A DNA stretch of 64,000 bases from Polyangiaceae bacterium (GCA_050287085.1 JBNKBE010000014.1:1-64000); one strand, 5' to 3'. Positions 29,401 to 39,923 are shown, counted from the first letter of the stretch. Numbers and translations are program-made. The notes: generated by a model from the sequence alone, not told the origin.

Positions 29401-32097
29401 GTGTCATCGGAGGCGAGGGCCAAAGTCTGTCCAGAATGTGCGACCCAGAGTGCGCACGACTCCCAGTACTGCCCAAAGTGCGGATTCCCGATTGGCGCCA
29501 TCAGCGTCGACGACGACGATCCACTGATCGGAGGAGTACTCCCCGGCAGCTACCAGGTCCTGGACCTGCTGGGTGTCGGCGGGATGGGCCGCGTCTATCG
29601 TGCCGAGCAACGCACCCTGGGCCGCACCGTAGCGGTGAAGGTCATTCATCCTCATCTAGCCGCCGACGAGAAGTCGCTGGCCCGCTTCCTCACCGAAGCT
29701 CGCGCGACAAGCAAGCTGAACCACCCGAACTCGGTCAGCGTGATCGACTTCGGCAAGACCGCGGCGGGCCAGCCATACCTGGTGATGGAGTTTCTGCGAG
29801 GTCGCAACCTCGCCCAGGTCGTTTCTACCGAGGGCTTGTTGAAGCTGCCGCGCATCGTCAACGTCTTGCGCCAGGTGTTGGCTGCACTGGGCGAAGCGCA
29901 CGCACTCGACATCATCCATCGCGACCTCAAGCCGGAAAACATCGTGTTGGAACCGCTGCGCCGAGGCGGTGACTTCGTCAAGGTGGTCGACTTCGGACTA
30001 GCCAAGCTCCGGGCCGAGGAGAACACCACCGACATCACTCTTCCGGGCATTGTGTGTGGGACCCCCGATTTTATGGCCCCCGAACAGGGACGAGGTGATC
30101 CCCTGGACGGGCGCAGCGACATCTACGCTGTCGGTGTTGTGTTGTTTTGGCTGTTGACTGGGCGGCTCCCTTTCGAGGCGAGCAGCCCGACGCAAGTGGT
30201 CATGATGCACATTACGATGCCGGTACCGGATCCGCGGCAGTTGGCTCCGCAGCGGCAGATCCCCGATGAGCTCGTGGCCGTCATGTCCAAGGCATTGGCC
30301 AAGGATCCTCGCGAGCGTTTTCACGATGCTCACGAGTTCGCCGATGCTCTCGAGGCGCTTGAGCTGGAAGGTGGCGCAACCTCGTCATCCGCCCCGCGCC
30401 GACGGGAAAGCGGGGAGAGTGCAGCCGCGCTGCTTCATCTTCCAAGCAAGACCCTCTCCTGCCCGGCGTGCGCGCACGTGGTTCCACACGGGAAATTCTG
30501 CCTCGAATGCGGCACCCGTCTCCCGCAACGAACGGAGCGCCCTTCGAGCAAACCCCGGCCCAACGATCCGCCGCTCGTGGGCCGTGAGGAAGATCTGCGC
30601 TGGCTCAACATGGAGTGGCAAAGGGCTCACGAAGGACTGCGCTGCGTGCGCATCGTAGGAGAAGCGGGCGTCGGCAAAACCCGCTTGCTTTCTGAGTTCG
30701 CCGAAAAAGTCCGAAAAGAAGGGACCCGCGTCATTCGCCTAGGCCCCGATCCGTACTGGGCCGAGGTATCGGGACATACCCTGAAGCAGCTGGTGCGGCA
30801 GCTGCTCGGCCCGGAAGCGCTTGAGGTCGCCCCTCCCGAGCATCGCGTCGTACGAGCCGTACTAGCGGAACTGCTCCTGGGACAATACTCATCGAGCCTC
30901 CGCTCCGACGAGCGACAAGCGGGCTACGCTGAGGCCCTTCGCTGGACTTTGAAGCGTACCGTTAGTGAAGCGGGTCCCCCGGTCGTGCTGATGATCGACG
31001 ATCTCGATCACGTCGACCCGCTTTCACGCCAGGCATTCGGCGCTTGCCTGAAGAAGTGGAATGACGGACCGTTGATGGCCATCGGCGCGCATTCACCACG
31101 TTTTAACGAACCATGGAATTCCGACGCGATGCGTCTATTGTCCGGACTGGTGGCATCGGTTGCAAGTGAACTGCTCAATCAGATGATGCCAAGTAGCGCA
31201 GGTTTCATGCTCACAGAGGTGGGCAGCGCTGGCATTCCGCCTCTATTCGTGGAGCAGATGCTGGCCTTCGGAATCGACGGTGGCGCCGAACCACCCACGC
31301 GACTCGGAGATCTTATCGCCGAGCGTCTGGCATCGCTGAAGGCCGAAGATCGACGCATTGTTCAGGCGCTGGCGGTCCTCGGGGACCAGGTACCGCTGAC
31401 GCTGCTCGCGCGGTTTCTGGACGTCGACGCGCGTACACTGGGGCCGGCACTGCAAGGCCTGGTGGAGGGTCGTCTAGTACGACAAGACGAGGGCGAAACG
31501 ATCTCGCTGCGACATCCACTGCTGCACGAAATTGCACTCTTGGCGATCCCTGCGGAAGCGCGATTCGCCCTCCATCGCACCGCAGCGCGGCTGTACCGAG
31601 AAGACGGCGCCCCACTTGAAGTCCTAGCGGAACACGCGGCCTTTAGCCGAGACCCCGTCATGGCGCTGTCTCTGCTCGAACAAGCGGCTACCCAAGCCGA
31701 GAAGCGGGGCGACGACTTGACCGCCACGAACCTGCTAAGCCGTGGCCTGGAGATCGCGCGGGTCGAACTGTTCCGCGGAGAACTGGAGGATCCAATGCGC
31801 GCGCTCGTAATCTTCGGCAAGAAGTTGGGCGCCACTTTGCTGCGACGCGGTCACTTGGTCGATGCCAAGGGGATACTCATTGAAGCCCTCGACAGCGCCC
31901 CCCCCGCGGAAACGGATCGCGCGGAGATCTTGGTGCAGCTCGCGGAGGTTGCCCAGCGCCGCGGCTCGTCCGAAGAAGCGGAACGACTGCTAGCCGAAGC
32001 GCAGGATGTCGCTGAACGTGCTGACGCCAATGCCGAGTTGCTCGAGGGTCTGGCGTTGCGACGCGCTGGCCTAAGGGCCGCTCGATCCATGACCTAG
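29401..32097 (+). CDS. Ser/Thr protein kinase with two Zn ribbons, AAA/STAND-like ATPase and TPR-like C-terminus
   Basis: CPEC..CPKC, GVGGMG, VAVK, HRDLKPEN, DFG, APE, CPAC..CLEC, GEAGVGKT Walker A, VLMIDD Walker B. Confidence 0.95.
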   Translation: MSSEARAKVCPECATQSAHDSQYCPKCGFPIGAISVDDDDPLIGGVLPGSYQVLDLLGVGGMGRVYRAEQRTLGRTVAVKVIHPHLAADEKSLARFLTEARATSKLNHPNSVSVIDFGKTAAGQPYLVMEFLRGRNLAQVVSTEGLLKLPRIVNVLRQVLAALGEAHALDIIHRDLKPENIVLEPLRRGGDFVKVVDFGLAKLRAEENTTDITLPGIVCGTPDFMAPEQGRGDPLDGRSDIYAVGVVLFWLLTGRLPFEASSPTQVVMMHITMPVPDPRQLAPQRQIPDELVAVMSKALAKDPRERFHDAHEFADALEALELEGGATSSSAPRRRESGESAAALLHLPSKTLSCPACAHVVPHGKFCLECGTRLPQRTERPSSKPRPNDPPLVGREEDLRWLNMEWQRAHEGLRCVRIVGEAGVGKTRLLSEFAEKVRKEGTRVIRLGPDPYWAEVSGHTLKQLVRQLLGPEALEVAPPEHRVVRAVLAELLLGQYSSSLRSDERQAGYAEALRWTLKRTVSEAGPPVVLMIDDLDHVDPLSRQAFGACLKKWNDGPLMAIGAHSPRFNEPWNSDAMRLLSGLVASVASELLNQMMPSSAGFMLTEVGSAGIPPLFVEQMLAFGIDGGAEPPTRLGDLIAERLASLKAEDRRIVQALAVLGDQVPLTLLARFLDVDARTLGPALQGLVEGRLVRQDEGETISLRHPLLHEIALLAIPAEARFALHRTAARLYREDGAPLEVLAEHAAFSRDPVMALSLLEQAATQAEKRGDDLTATNLLSRGLEIARVELFRGELEDPMRALVIFGKKLGATLLRRGHLVDAKGILIEALDSAPPAETDRAEILVQLAEVAQRRGSSEEAERLLAEAQDVAERADANAELLEGLALRRAGLRAARSMT

Positions 32098-32154
32098 TTC
32101 GACGATAGACGGGGTCTCCTGCGGGCACTAACCTAGTGGGACGTCCGACTCCCT

Positions 32155-32784
32155 TTGCAACCCGGAACAGTGCTTGTGGATAGTGACCTTTCGGAAGCGC
32201 TCGTAGCATTCAAGACGGCACTCAAGGCCCTCGAGCTGCCGGATACATTCGGTCGAGCGGATCCGGCCGTTCTCTCCAATCTCCAAGAGCGATTCGCGTT
32301 GCCCCGACGCTATTTGGTGTTTCTGGCCGAGGCCGACCCGCGTCACGTCCAAACGCAAACACCGGCTGAACAGATCCAACTGCATCCAGCGCACGAGCTC
32401 ATCGCGGAGCAACGCGGCTACTGCCTAGACGATGAGGGAAAGCTCATCAAACAACCAACTCGCACCGGCTGGCGACCAACTTGGTGGGTCATCGGCAATA
32501 GTTGCCAGCTCGGGGATCCCTATTTTCTCGATACAAGCAAAACAGATGTCGAGGGGGACTGTCCGGTGTTCACCGCCATGAGCGGCGCGGACATTTGGCA
32601 ACCACGCCTATGCGCCTCAGGCTTTGCGAGCTTTCTGGCCGTATTGGCCGCCACGATGGAGGTCGCAGCCGACTTTGATTTGGACGACTACGACCCCGAC
32701 AACGAACAAGTGTTTCGCAGCGCCGTCCGCGATGCGGTCCGCGAAGTCGACCCTGCGGCGCACAAGAGTGGGCACTGGACTTGA
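32155..32784 (+). CDS. SMI1/KNR4 (SUKH)-like protein
   Basis: LQERFALPRRYLVFL, WWVIG...GDPYFLD, CPV, ASGFASFL. Confidence 0.75.
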   Translation: MQPGTVLVDSDLSEALVAFKTALKALELPDTFGRADPAVLSNLQERFALPRRYLVFLAEADPRHVQTQTPAEQIQLHPAHELIAEQRGYCLDDEGKLIKQPTRTGWRPTWWVIGNSCQLGDPYFLDTSKTDVEGDCPVFTAMSGADIWQPRLCASGFASFLAVLAATMEVAADFDLDDYDPDNEQVFRSAVRDAVREVDPAAHKSGHWT

Positions 32785-33071
32785 GCTAGAAACCCGGCTG
32801 GAACAGCGTAGGACTCGAGTTTCCTAAGCCATTGTCGTCGTCGCGGTCGCTCGCCATGGCCGTGAAGCACGCGGCAACAAGTTTCCGTCCCTGCTTAAGT
32901 TTCGAGCGTTGCCTCATCGTACTCGAGGCAGACGTGACCACTTCGACCTGTCACTTCACGGCATCCGGCCGTTTTTGCGTCCCCGCGCGCGCAGCTAGGC
33001 CCTAGTATCGTGGCTTCAGTCCAAACCCCCGCAAAGCCCTGCAGCCTCGCCTGCAAAACTCAATTCCAGCC

Positions 33072-36000
33072 ATGACCGAGACGATTCGTTCCGCATTCTT
33101 CCGCATTCTTCCTCGCCTCACGCCCCTGCTCCTACTCGCGGCAGCCGGATGCGCCGAGGAACGGGCGCCCATTGATCGCGTTCAGCCGAACGCGCTCGAA
33201 AAGAGCTTCTTCGTTGCTTCGCTCGAAACCGACAAAGACGATCCTGAGTTCTTCTCCAGGCAGTTTGTCGTCGACGGCACGGAATCAGAGTCGCTCATCG
33301 GGATCAGCTCGGCGAGTGGCGTCGAACGGATACGCTGGGAGATCACGGAAGACATGTTGTTCGCTCGCCGAGCCTACAGCGTGGGGGACGGAGCACACCG
33401 CGGCAACTCCGACAAGACGGACGGTTCCATCGTAGCAGCGTATCGCATCGAGAGCCATTTCGACATTCGTCACGCCTACAACTCCGCAACGGGAGAAGAG
33501 CTGAACGTCATGGAGGAGAACACCTCCGATCGCCCCTGGAGCAAACGAGAGTTCATGCGGGTGGACTGGTCCCAGAACCTGATCGAGTCCCCGGTTTGGC
33601 CCACCATGTTCTTTGGACAGGTTTTTGGCGACTTGAAGATCACGCCGGCGGTCTACGACGTATCCGATCCAGACGCGGAAGACGCGCCGCACTTCGATCC
33701 TGAAGAAGGCTATTTCGACATCACCTCGCATTTCTTGGTGGAGCCCGAGGCGGTGCGTTTCGGCGACTTTGAGCTTCCTCTATGCCTCTGGATCGGAGCA
33801 CTGACGGGGTCGGCTCTCTACTCTTGCGATCCCCAGGAAGCCATCGTGCGCTCCTCTTATTGGCGCGTTTCAGAGGCCGACCCGGACGACGACTACGAGC
33901 CGTTCGAAAACACCGAAGCGCCTGAGGACATCTTCGGCAATCCCGGCGGCATCGGTACCAGTGGAGGGGTGGGCATTGTCACCGCACCCCTCGAAGAATG
34001 GGACGAGGCTACGGGCTACACGGATGATGGTTTGACGCGCTTCGTCAATCGCCACAACCTTTGGACGCAGAACCACCAAACAACAGGGAGCTGCGAGCAA
34101 GACGCCGATTGCGGTGGCGGCGGCACCTGCCTCGACTCCGGGGTGTGTAGCGTCCCCTGCAACTACAAGGCTCGCGGCGACGCCAACAACAACGGCACCG
34201 ATGACCAATGTGAGAACGACGATACTGGCTATGACGGTTCCTTGGGCTCGCAGTGCAGCGCCCGCAACCGATGCACAATCCCGTATCGCGATCGTACGAT
34301 AAAGCCCCTCGCCTATACGTTCAACCGCGAGATGCCCGCGCATCTACAAGACACGCAGAAGAAGAACGGCAAGCGCGGCAAAGAGGGTGCCTCGGAACTA
34401 CTGCTGTCGACCTGGAACCAAGCACTGCAGGTAGCTGTTGCTCGAGCCCGGGAAGTCGAATGTCGTCGCACATCGAGCGACCCCAGCGCTCAAGAGACGC
34501 GCGCAACTTGCCACGCGCGATTCTTTGAAACAGACGGCGGAAACGACAAGATACAGATGGTTCGATACGGCGGCTGGGGCATCGAAACCCCCAAGACAAT
34601 GCCCGACGTTCTCGTGCCGTGTCACAATCCCGTCCGAGAATACGACGCGGAGGTCTGCGGAAAACCCGGAACCGTCGCGCGCATCGGCGATATCCGACGC
34701 CATTTCCTGATCTACTGGCCCTATGTGACCCGTTCGCCCTACGGCGGCATTGGCAATTGGCGCGCTGATCCTCTAACCGGTCAGATCATTGGGGCCGCGG
34801 CCACCACGATCGGCCGCAGCGCTACGCTTGCCGCGGGCGAAGTACGAGACATCATCATGGTGGCCCTTGGCTACCAGAGCTTGGACGACGTGCTCGAGGG
34901 GACGTCCGCAGCTCGCTACGAGCGTGTCTTGCGTGAAGGAATTGAGAAGGCGCCAATGGCGCCGACGGAACTAGCCAAGCGAGTCGCCAGCGTAAGTGGG
35001 TCGCAACTGACCGAGCTATCGGGTTTCGACCTGCGCGGGGTAACGTCGAAGGACCCGAGAGTGGCTCTGGCTGAAGTACGTGACACCTTGCAGACAACCC
35101 TGACGCAGGCGGCCCATGCTCAGCAGCAAGTAACTGCGCTCGCGGCTCCCCTGGTCGGAAGCTCGCTGGAGCTCGATATGGTCGACCCCGGCTGGCTCGT
35201 AGACTCCTTGGGAGTGGCCCCCGACTCTGAACTCACGTCGGCCATGGTGGCCCAGGCTTCGCCGCTACAAGGACAAGATCTCGGCAACCTAGCCCTCGCC
35301 GATCAACAATTGATGCGTGCTCTCGGAGCGCAGGGGATATGTCACTTGGACGCAGCAGCTTCCATTGGCAGTCCCGACATTCACGGCTTGGGTCGCTACT
35401 TCGCACAGAAGTATCCCGACCTCGGTGAGACCGAACTCGCTCAGGCCATCTACGACGACCTTTGGCGAGAGACGTACATGGGCATTCAGCTCCATGAATT
35501 GGGTCACTCCCTGGGCTTGTTGCACAACTTCACGTCGTCCTACGATTCGCTGAACTACAACCCTCAGTATTGGCAGCTGCGTAGCCACGATGGCGTCAGC
35601 ACCGAGAGCTGTAATGGACAGCCTCGGACTGGCAACACGGCCTCTGCCGGTAGCGATACCTGCATGGGACCACGCTATCTGGACCCCGAAACCGACGATG
35701 AATTGGGTCAAGGAGATGAGCCACGTCCTGGCATCAACTACTTCGGTCATACCTCGACCATGGAGTACCAGAACACACGCTTCTTCGAGTCGGTGGGCCT
35801 CGGACAATACGACGTAATGGCGATGGGTGCTCTGTACGGACAGGTGCTCCAAACCTTTGATCCCGAACTGTTCACCGAAGGCGTGCAGCAAAACTTCGAG
35901 CCGCTGCTGCGCACCCAACTCAGCGAGGATAATCTCGTTGCGACGACAACGGGCGGCTTGGAAGGTCGGCACTACACGACCCTCGCTCGCGACACCAAGC

Positions 36001-37550
36001 TGATCTCGGCTCAACGTTGTCGCAAGGCGACCTCCGAGGAAAGGGAGCTCGGAGAATGGCGCATCGTACACGGCAAGGTCTGCGCTCCTCCCAGCAAGGA
36101 CTTTGCGCATTGGGACGACTTCGTAGACACGTCGGAACCCAATGCCCCGCGCGCAAACAGCACGCGCAAACTACGCGTTCCGTCAGCGAGCAAGACTCCC
36201 GGCGCAGGCAACGTCCGTTGGCCCTACCGTTGGGGTGCCGATATCATGAACTCGTATCTGCACGTAAACCCCTTCGACAGCGGCGCTGACCAATACGAAG
36301 TCACGGTAGAAACCATCAAGAAGAACGACTTCAACTACCCGTTCATCTACTTCCGACGAGGTCGTCGTGAATGGACGGATCAACGGCTGCCAAGCTACAC
36401 GTCGAGGCTATTCTACGAGAGATTGCGCTCCTACCACTGGGGTACAACGTTCGTGAATACGTTCTACCAGGAGTTGCTCGACCAAGAGCCGCGCTTCAGC
36501 GCTGCCATCGCGGACATTCGCAACAGCGATGACGAGCTCCGACCGTCGCTGCTAGCGACAACCGAAATGCTGCAGGCGATCATGAAGACGTTCCTCTCGC
36601 CCGAACCTGGTGAGTATGGCCCCAACGAACTTGACGGCGCCTACGACATTTCCGGCTTCGGCAATGACGGCACGCTGTTCACTCTCGACGCGTCCGATGG
36701 CCGTTTCCTCGCGCCCGCATTCGACAGTACGCCTGCCAAGGGTGGTTCCTGGGAGTATAGCTCCTTCGTCCGGAGAGGCGGATTCCGCTTTGAGAAGGCC
36801 TTGGCAGGAAGGGCTCTCACCGACGGCCGCCCCGTATTCTTCTCCGTATCTCGAGACAACTACTTGGACAATCGGGGCATCTACATCAACTTCCGGAGCA
36901 GTGTTCCCAAGGCCGTCGATCGCTTGCTCGGTGGCGTATTGGGCGAGGACTGGGCCACGATCTCACCCTATGTCGAAGGCACAGCAGAGCCGGATGTCGC
37001 GATGCGCGATCTCACGGCAGACAAGCTAGAAGAGGCTCTACCGAGTAGCTACCGCGCACTATTTCCGAATATCGGCTACAGCCAGCAACTGCCGACGATG
37101 GTCTTCACGCAGCTATTTGGACGCCTCAATGGAGACATGACGCTGCAAAACAAGATGCGTGTCTGGGTTCAAGGCAGCGTGTCCGGGGAGCTCGATATCC
37201 CGGAGAACGAGCAGATTCGCTTCAGCGATCCCGACAGTGGCATCACCTACGTTGCCCGCCGCTTCGGTACTGAAACCCTCTACGGCAAGGTCGTGGACAC
37301 CGGAATCGCGTCACGCATGTTGGCGCGCGCCAACCAACTGCTGGCCAATGCCTACGAAGTCGAAGAGGACGACCAAGGTCAGGTATTCGACGAGTTCGGA
37401 CGCCCTGTGATCGTCCGTGACGAGAATGGAGCCTTCGTGCGTCGCGAAGCAGCGGACGCCTACAACAAGATGAGACGATACGTCGGCACCTTGGACGCCG
37501 CCGTTCAGGTGAGCACCATCTTTGGCCTCGGCCCCTTCAACTTCTTCTAG
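33072..37550 (+). CDS. Giant lipoprotein zinc metalloprotease (metzincin-like, 1492 aa)
   Basis: Lipobox AAGC, HELGHSLGLLH (HExxHxxGxxH), Met-turn-like STMEY, Cys-rich insert. Confidence 0.88.
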   Translation: MTETIRSAFFRILPRLTPLLLLAAAGCAEERAPIDRVQPNALEKSFFVASLETDKDDPEFFSRQFVVDGTESESLIGISSASGVERIRWEITEDMLFARRAYSVGDGAHRGNSDKTDGSIVAAYRIESHFDIRHAYNSATGEELNVMEENTSDRPWSKREFMRVDWSQNLIESPVWPTMFFGQVFGDLKITPAVYDVSDPDAEDAPHFDPEEGYFDITSHFLVEPEAVRFGDFELPLCLWIGALTGSALYSCDPQEAIVRSSYWRVSEADPDDDYEPFENTEAPEDIFGNPGGIGTSGGVGIVTAPLEEWDEATGYTDDGLTRFVNRHNLWTQNHQTTGSCEQDADCGGGGTCLDSGVCSVPCNYKARGDANNNGTDDQCENDDTGYDGSLGSQCSARNRCTIPYRDRTIKPLAYTFNREMPAHLQDTQKKNGKRGKEGASELLLSTWNQALQVAVARAREVECRRTSSDPSAQETRATCHARFFETDGGNDKIQMVRYGGWGIETPKTMPDVLVPCHNPVREYDAEVCGKPGTVARIGDIRRHFLIYWPYVTRSPYGGIGNWRADPLTGQIIGAAATTIGRSATLAAGEVRDIIMVALGYQSLDDVLEGTSAARYERVLREGIEKAPMAPTELAKRVASVSGSQLTELSGFDLRGVTSKDPRVALAEVRDTLQTTLTQAAHAQQQVTALAAPLVGSSLELDMVDPGWLVDSLGVAPDSELTSAMVAQASPLQGQDLGNLALADQQLMRALGAQGICHLDAAASIGSPDIHGLGRYFAQKYPDLGETELAQAIYDDLWRETYMGIQLHELGHSLGLLHNFTSSYDSLNYNPQYWQLRSHDGVSTESCNGQPRTGNTASAGSDTCMGPRYLDPETDDELGQGDEPRPGINYFGHTSTMEYQNTRFFESVGLGQYDVMAMGALYGQVLQTFDPELFTEGVQQNFEPLLRTQLSEDNLVATTTGGLEGRHYTTLARDTKLISAQRCRKATSEERELGEWRIVHGKVCAPPSKDFAHWDDFVDTSEPNAPRANSTRKLRVPSASKTPGAGNVRWPYRWGADIMNSYLHVNPFDSGADQYEVTVETIKKNDFNYPFIYFRRGRREWTDQRLPSYTSRLFYERLRSYHWGTTFVNTFYQELLDQEPRFSAAIADIRNSDDELRPSLLATTEMLQAIMKTFLSPEPGEYGPNELDGAYDISGFGNDGTLFTLDASDGRFLAPAFDSTPAKGGSWEYSSFVRRGGFRFEKALAGRALTDGRPVFFSVSRDNYLDNRGIYINFRSSVPKAVDRLLGGVLGEDWATISPYVEGTAEPDVAMRDLTADKLEEALPSSYRALFPNIGYSQQLPTMVFTQLFGRLNGDMTLQNKMRVWVQGSVSGELDIPENEQIRFSDPDSGITYVARRFGTETLYGKVVDTGIASRMLARANQLLANAYEVEEDDQGQVFDEFGRPVIVRDENGAFVRREAADAYNKMRRYVGTLDAAVQVSTIFGLGPFNFF

Positions 37551-37564
37551 CCGCAAGCCCATTC

Positions 37565-37627
37565 GGCCATTGGCGTCCTGGGCGCCGATGGCCTTGGCCC
37601 AAGCATGATGCCTTCACGCTTGGGCCA
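37565..37627. terminator. Twin hairpins between convergent genes (putative bidirectional terminator)
   Basis: 13-bp stem with G-U pairs at 37565-37593; perfect 10-bp stem TGGCCCAAGC/GCTTGGGCCA at 37595-37627. Confidence 0.55.
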
Positions 37628-37634
37628 CGCTACG

Positions 37635-38603
37635 TCAGTCTGCGTCCGACGCTACTCTGAGCGCGCCGATGGCTATCAGTTCAACAAGGGCCTCGGCGGA
37701 GGAGGCGTCATCATGTGGACTGGCATCGAGAGCACCTCCGACGGTGCCTTGATTGATGGCCTCTTGAAGCAGATCCAGTTGCACGGGTGTCAGCCCCGAC
37801 AGGCGCGCTGAAACGGGGCGCGGGATCTGCAGCGGTGCGTCGAGAGCTGGTAGGCGCCCGAGAATGTGCGCCATTTCATCTCGCAGTCGAAACCCGTCCA
37901 TCAACAGTTCCTGGACCGATGCGTTCAGCGGCTCATCGACCGCCATGTCGCCCGGTGGGTCAAGTTCGAACACGCCAGACTCCCAGGCAAGCATGCGGTA
38001 GACAGCGCGACGCGGATCGATGGGTTCACTTGCGGGAACCGCAGTGCGGATAGTTGCGTGATAGACGATGCCCTGCTTGAGCCAGATCGATCCAACGCTG
38101 ACGCCGCTATCCACGAGCAACACGCCGTCCTTCTTGGACGTCCCGAAAAGCTGCAGCAAGTCAGGCAGCGGAATCTCATCCAGCTCTCCTGTCATCCGGA
38201 CTTCCTGCGAGACATCACCCTCGGGGCGTCGCACGCCGCGACGCATCTGCTGGGCAGGTTCTGGAACGGCCGAAGCGGACGGGCCGGGCTCCATCGGCGT
38301 TAGAGAGCCTCCGAGTGCCACAACGCGAAGGATATTGCTGCCGATCAGAATGCGATCACCCTCGCCGACCGTCGCCTGTCGGATACGTTCACCGTTGACG
38401 AAAGTTCCGTTAGTCGAGCCGAGATCTTCGATCTCCACCGCACTGCCGCGAAGGCATAAGCGCGCGTGGCGTCGGGACACCATTTCCTCGACGAGCACCA
38501 TATCGAGTTCACTCGATCGGCCAATGACGACTTCATGCCCTTCTTCCAGCGGGAACTCGCCCCCCTGGTACTTGCCTGAAATGAAACGCAACGCGAGGGT
38601 CAT
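37635..38603 (-). CDS. FHA domain + DUF4388 (PatA_N-like) protein
   Basis: GRSSELD..VSRRHA and DLGSTNGTFVNG (FHA); MTGELDEIPLPDLLQLFGTSKKDG (DUF4388). Confidence 0.9.
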   Translation of the reverse strand: MTLALRFISGKYQGGEFPLEEGHEVVIGRSSELDMVLVEEMVSRRHARLCLRGSAVEIEDLGSTNGTFVNGERIRQATVGEGDRILIGSNILRVVALGGSLTPMEPGPSASAVPEPAQQMRRGVRRPEGDVSQEVRMTGELDEIPLPDLLQLFGTSKKDGVLLVDSGVSVGSIWLKQGIVYHATIRTAVPASEPIDPRRAVYRMLAWESGVFELDPPGDMAVDEPLNASVQELLMDGFRLRDEMAHILGRLPALDAPLQIPRPVSARLSGLTPVQLDLLQEAINQGTVGGALDASPHDDASSAEALVELIAIGALRVASDAD

Positions 38604-38852
38604 GGACTGCAAAGTACGGCAGCGGCGCCGCGAGGAATAAATCTAGGCAGCTACGTCACCGCCGGTCAAGCTGTGCGCGGCTCGAACGCTATCGACTTTG
38701 TATATCCCACCTTGTAGGAGGGGTTGAACTGTGCCGTTCTGCGGCCTGTAGGGCAGTCGTCTCACCGCACTCCCAGGCCCGCAGGTCAGCTCCCGGGGCC
38801 GGCAGGTGGTGCGCTCTCCGCTTCCGTCGCAATTGGCGGCTATGCTGCGCCC

Positions 38853-39923
38853 ATGGCGAGCGCCGCTCGGAGCCAACGGGGTCGCCCCCTTGGCAAGTTC
38901 ACACAACATCGTCGAATGGACCAGTTGCGGCAGCTCCTGACGCGACACCCGCGCGGACTGACACTCTATGAACTGGCCGAAACGCTGCGCGTGACGCCGC
39001 GAACCGCCCGCCGCTACCTCCGAGAGCTAGAGCGAGAATACGATCTTGCGCCGGGCGAAGAGCGCGCTGGTGGCGCGCTCCGGTGGAAGATCCGCGCAGG
39101 TGAGTTGCCTCGCAAGATCGAGCTTCGTCGCACCCAAGCTTACGCGCTCCTGGCGGCCCGCCGCATCTTCGCTCCCATGGAGGGTTCGGCGCTGCATTTC
39201 GAAATCGAGATGGCGGTAAACAAGCTCATGGGATTAGCCCAACGGCCGGGTCGAGGACCCAACGCGGGGCGCGCAGACGTCCGGCTGGAAGAACGCTTTC
39301 TATACCTTCCATTTGCGCCAAAAAACTACGCCGAGCGCACCGAGGAACTCGACGACCTATTCCAAGCAGTCTCGGATCTGCGACCGCTCTCGATGCGCTA
39401 CAAAAGTGCCGGCAAGAGCGTGGAGGAGAACATCACGGTTCATCCCTACGCCATGGTACTGCACCGCGATTCGATCTACTGCGTGGGCTACCACGTCGAG
39501 CGGGGAGAAATCCGAACCTTCGTGCTCGATCGCATGCGCGATACCCAAACGGCAGCAACCGAGCGGTTTGAACTGCCGGATACCTTCAACATCAACGACT
39601 ACTTCCAGGGTGAGTTCGGGATCTGGCGGGCGGACAAGAAGCAGCGTGTGGTGATCGACTTCGATGCCCACGCCGCACAATATGTTCGCATGCGGCAGGT
39701 GCATCCCTCTCAGCAGCTCTCGCCGCTTTCCGGCGGGCGCATTCGACTCTCGTTGGAGGTCGGTGACCTCACTCAACTGACGAGCTGGATTCTGGAATGG
39801 GGTCGACGAGCGCGGGTCGTTGAGCCCCCGGAACTAGTGCAGCGCATCCAAGACGAACTGCGAGGCGCCCTGGAGGGCTACGAAGGCGGGGCGACCAGCG
39901 CTCGAGGCAACAAAGGTAGCTGA
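38853..39923 (+). CDS. wHTH-WYL-WCX transcriptional regulator (PafB/DriD/YafY-like)
   Basis: ELAETLRVTPRTARRYL HTH, VHPYAM..SIYCVG, IRTFVLDRM, WILEWG..VVEPPEL. Confidence 0.92.
   Translation: MASAARSQRGRPLGKFTQHRRMDQLRQLLTRHPRGLTLYELAETLRVTPRTARRYLRELEREYDLAPGEERAGGALRWKIRAGELPRKIELRRTQAYALLAARRIFAPMEGSALHFEIEMAVNKLMGLAQRPGRGPNAGRADVRLEERFLYLPFAPKNYAERTEELDDLFQAVSDLRPLSMRYKSAGKSVEENITVHPYAMVLHRDSIYCVGYHVERGEIRTFVLDRMRDTQTAATERFELPDTFNINDYFQGEFGIWRADKKQRVVIDFDAHAAQYVRMRQVHPSQQLSPLSGGRIRLSLEVGDLTQLTSWILEWGRRARVVEPPELVQRIQDELRGALEGYEGGATSARGNKGS

Noticed and set aside
38853..39923. Anti-phage defence island marked by the WYL gene
   Set aside because: The neighbours are a permease, a GNAT, an antiporter and an FHA protein; no nuclease, restriction-modification, BREX or CBASS genes are recognisable
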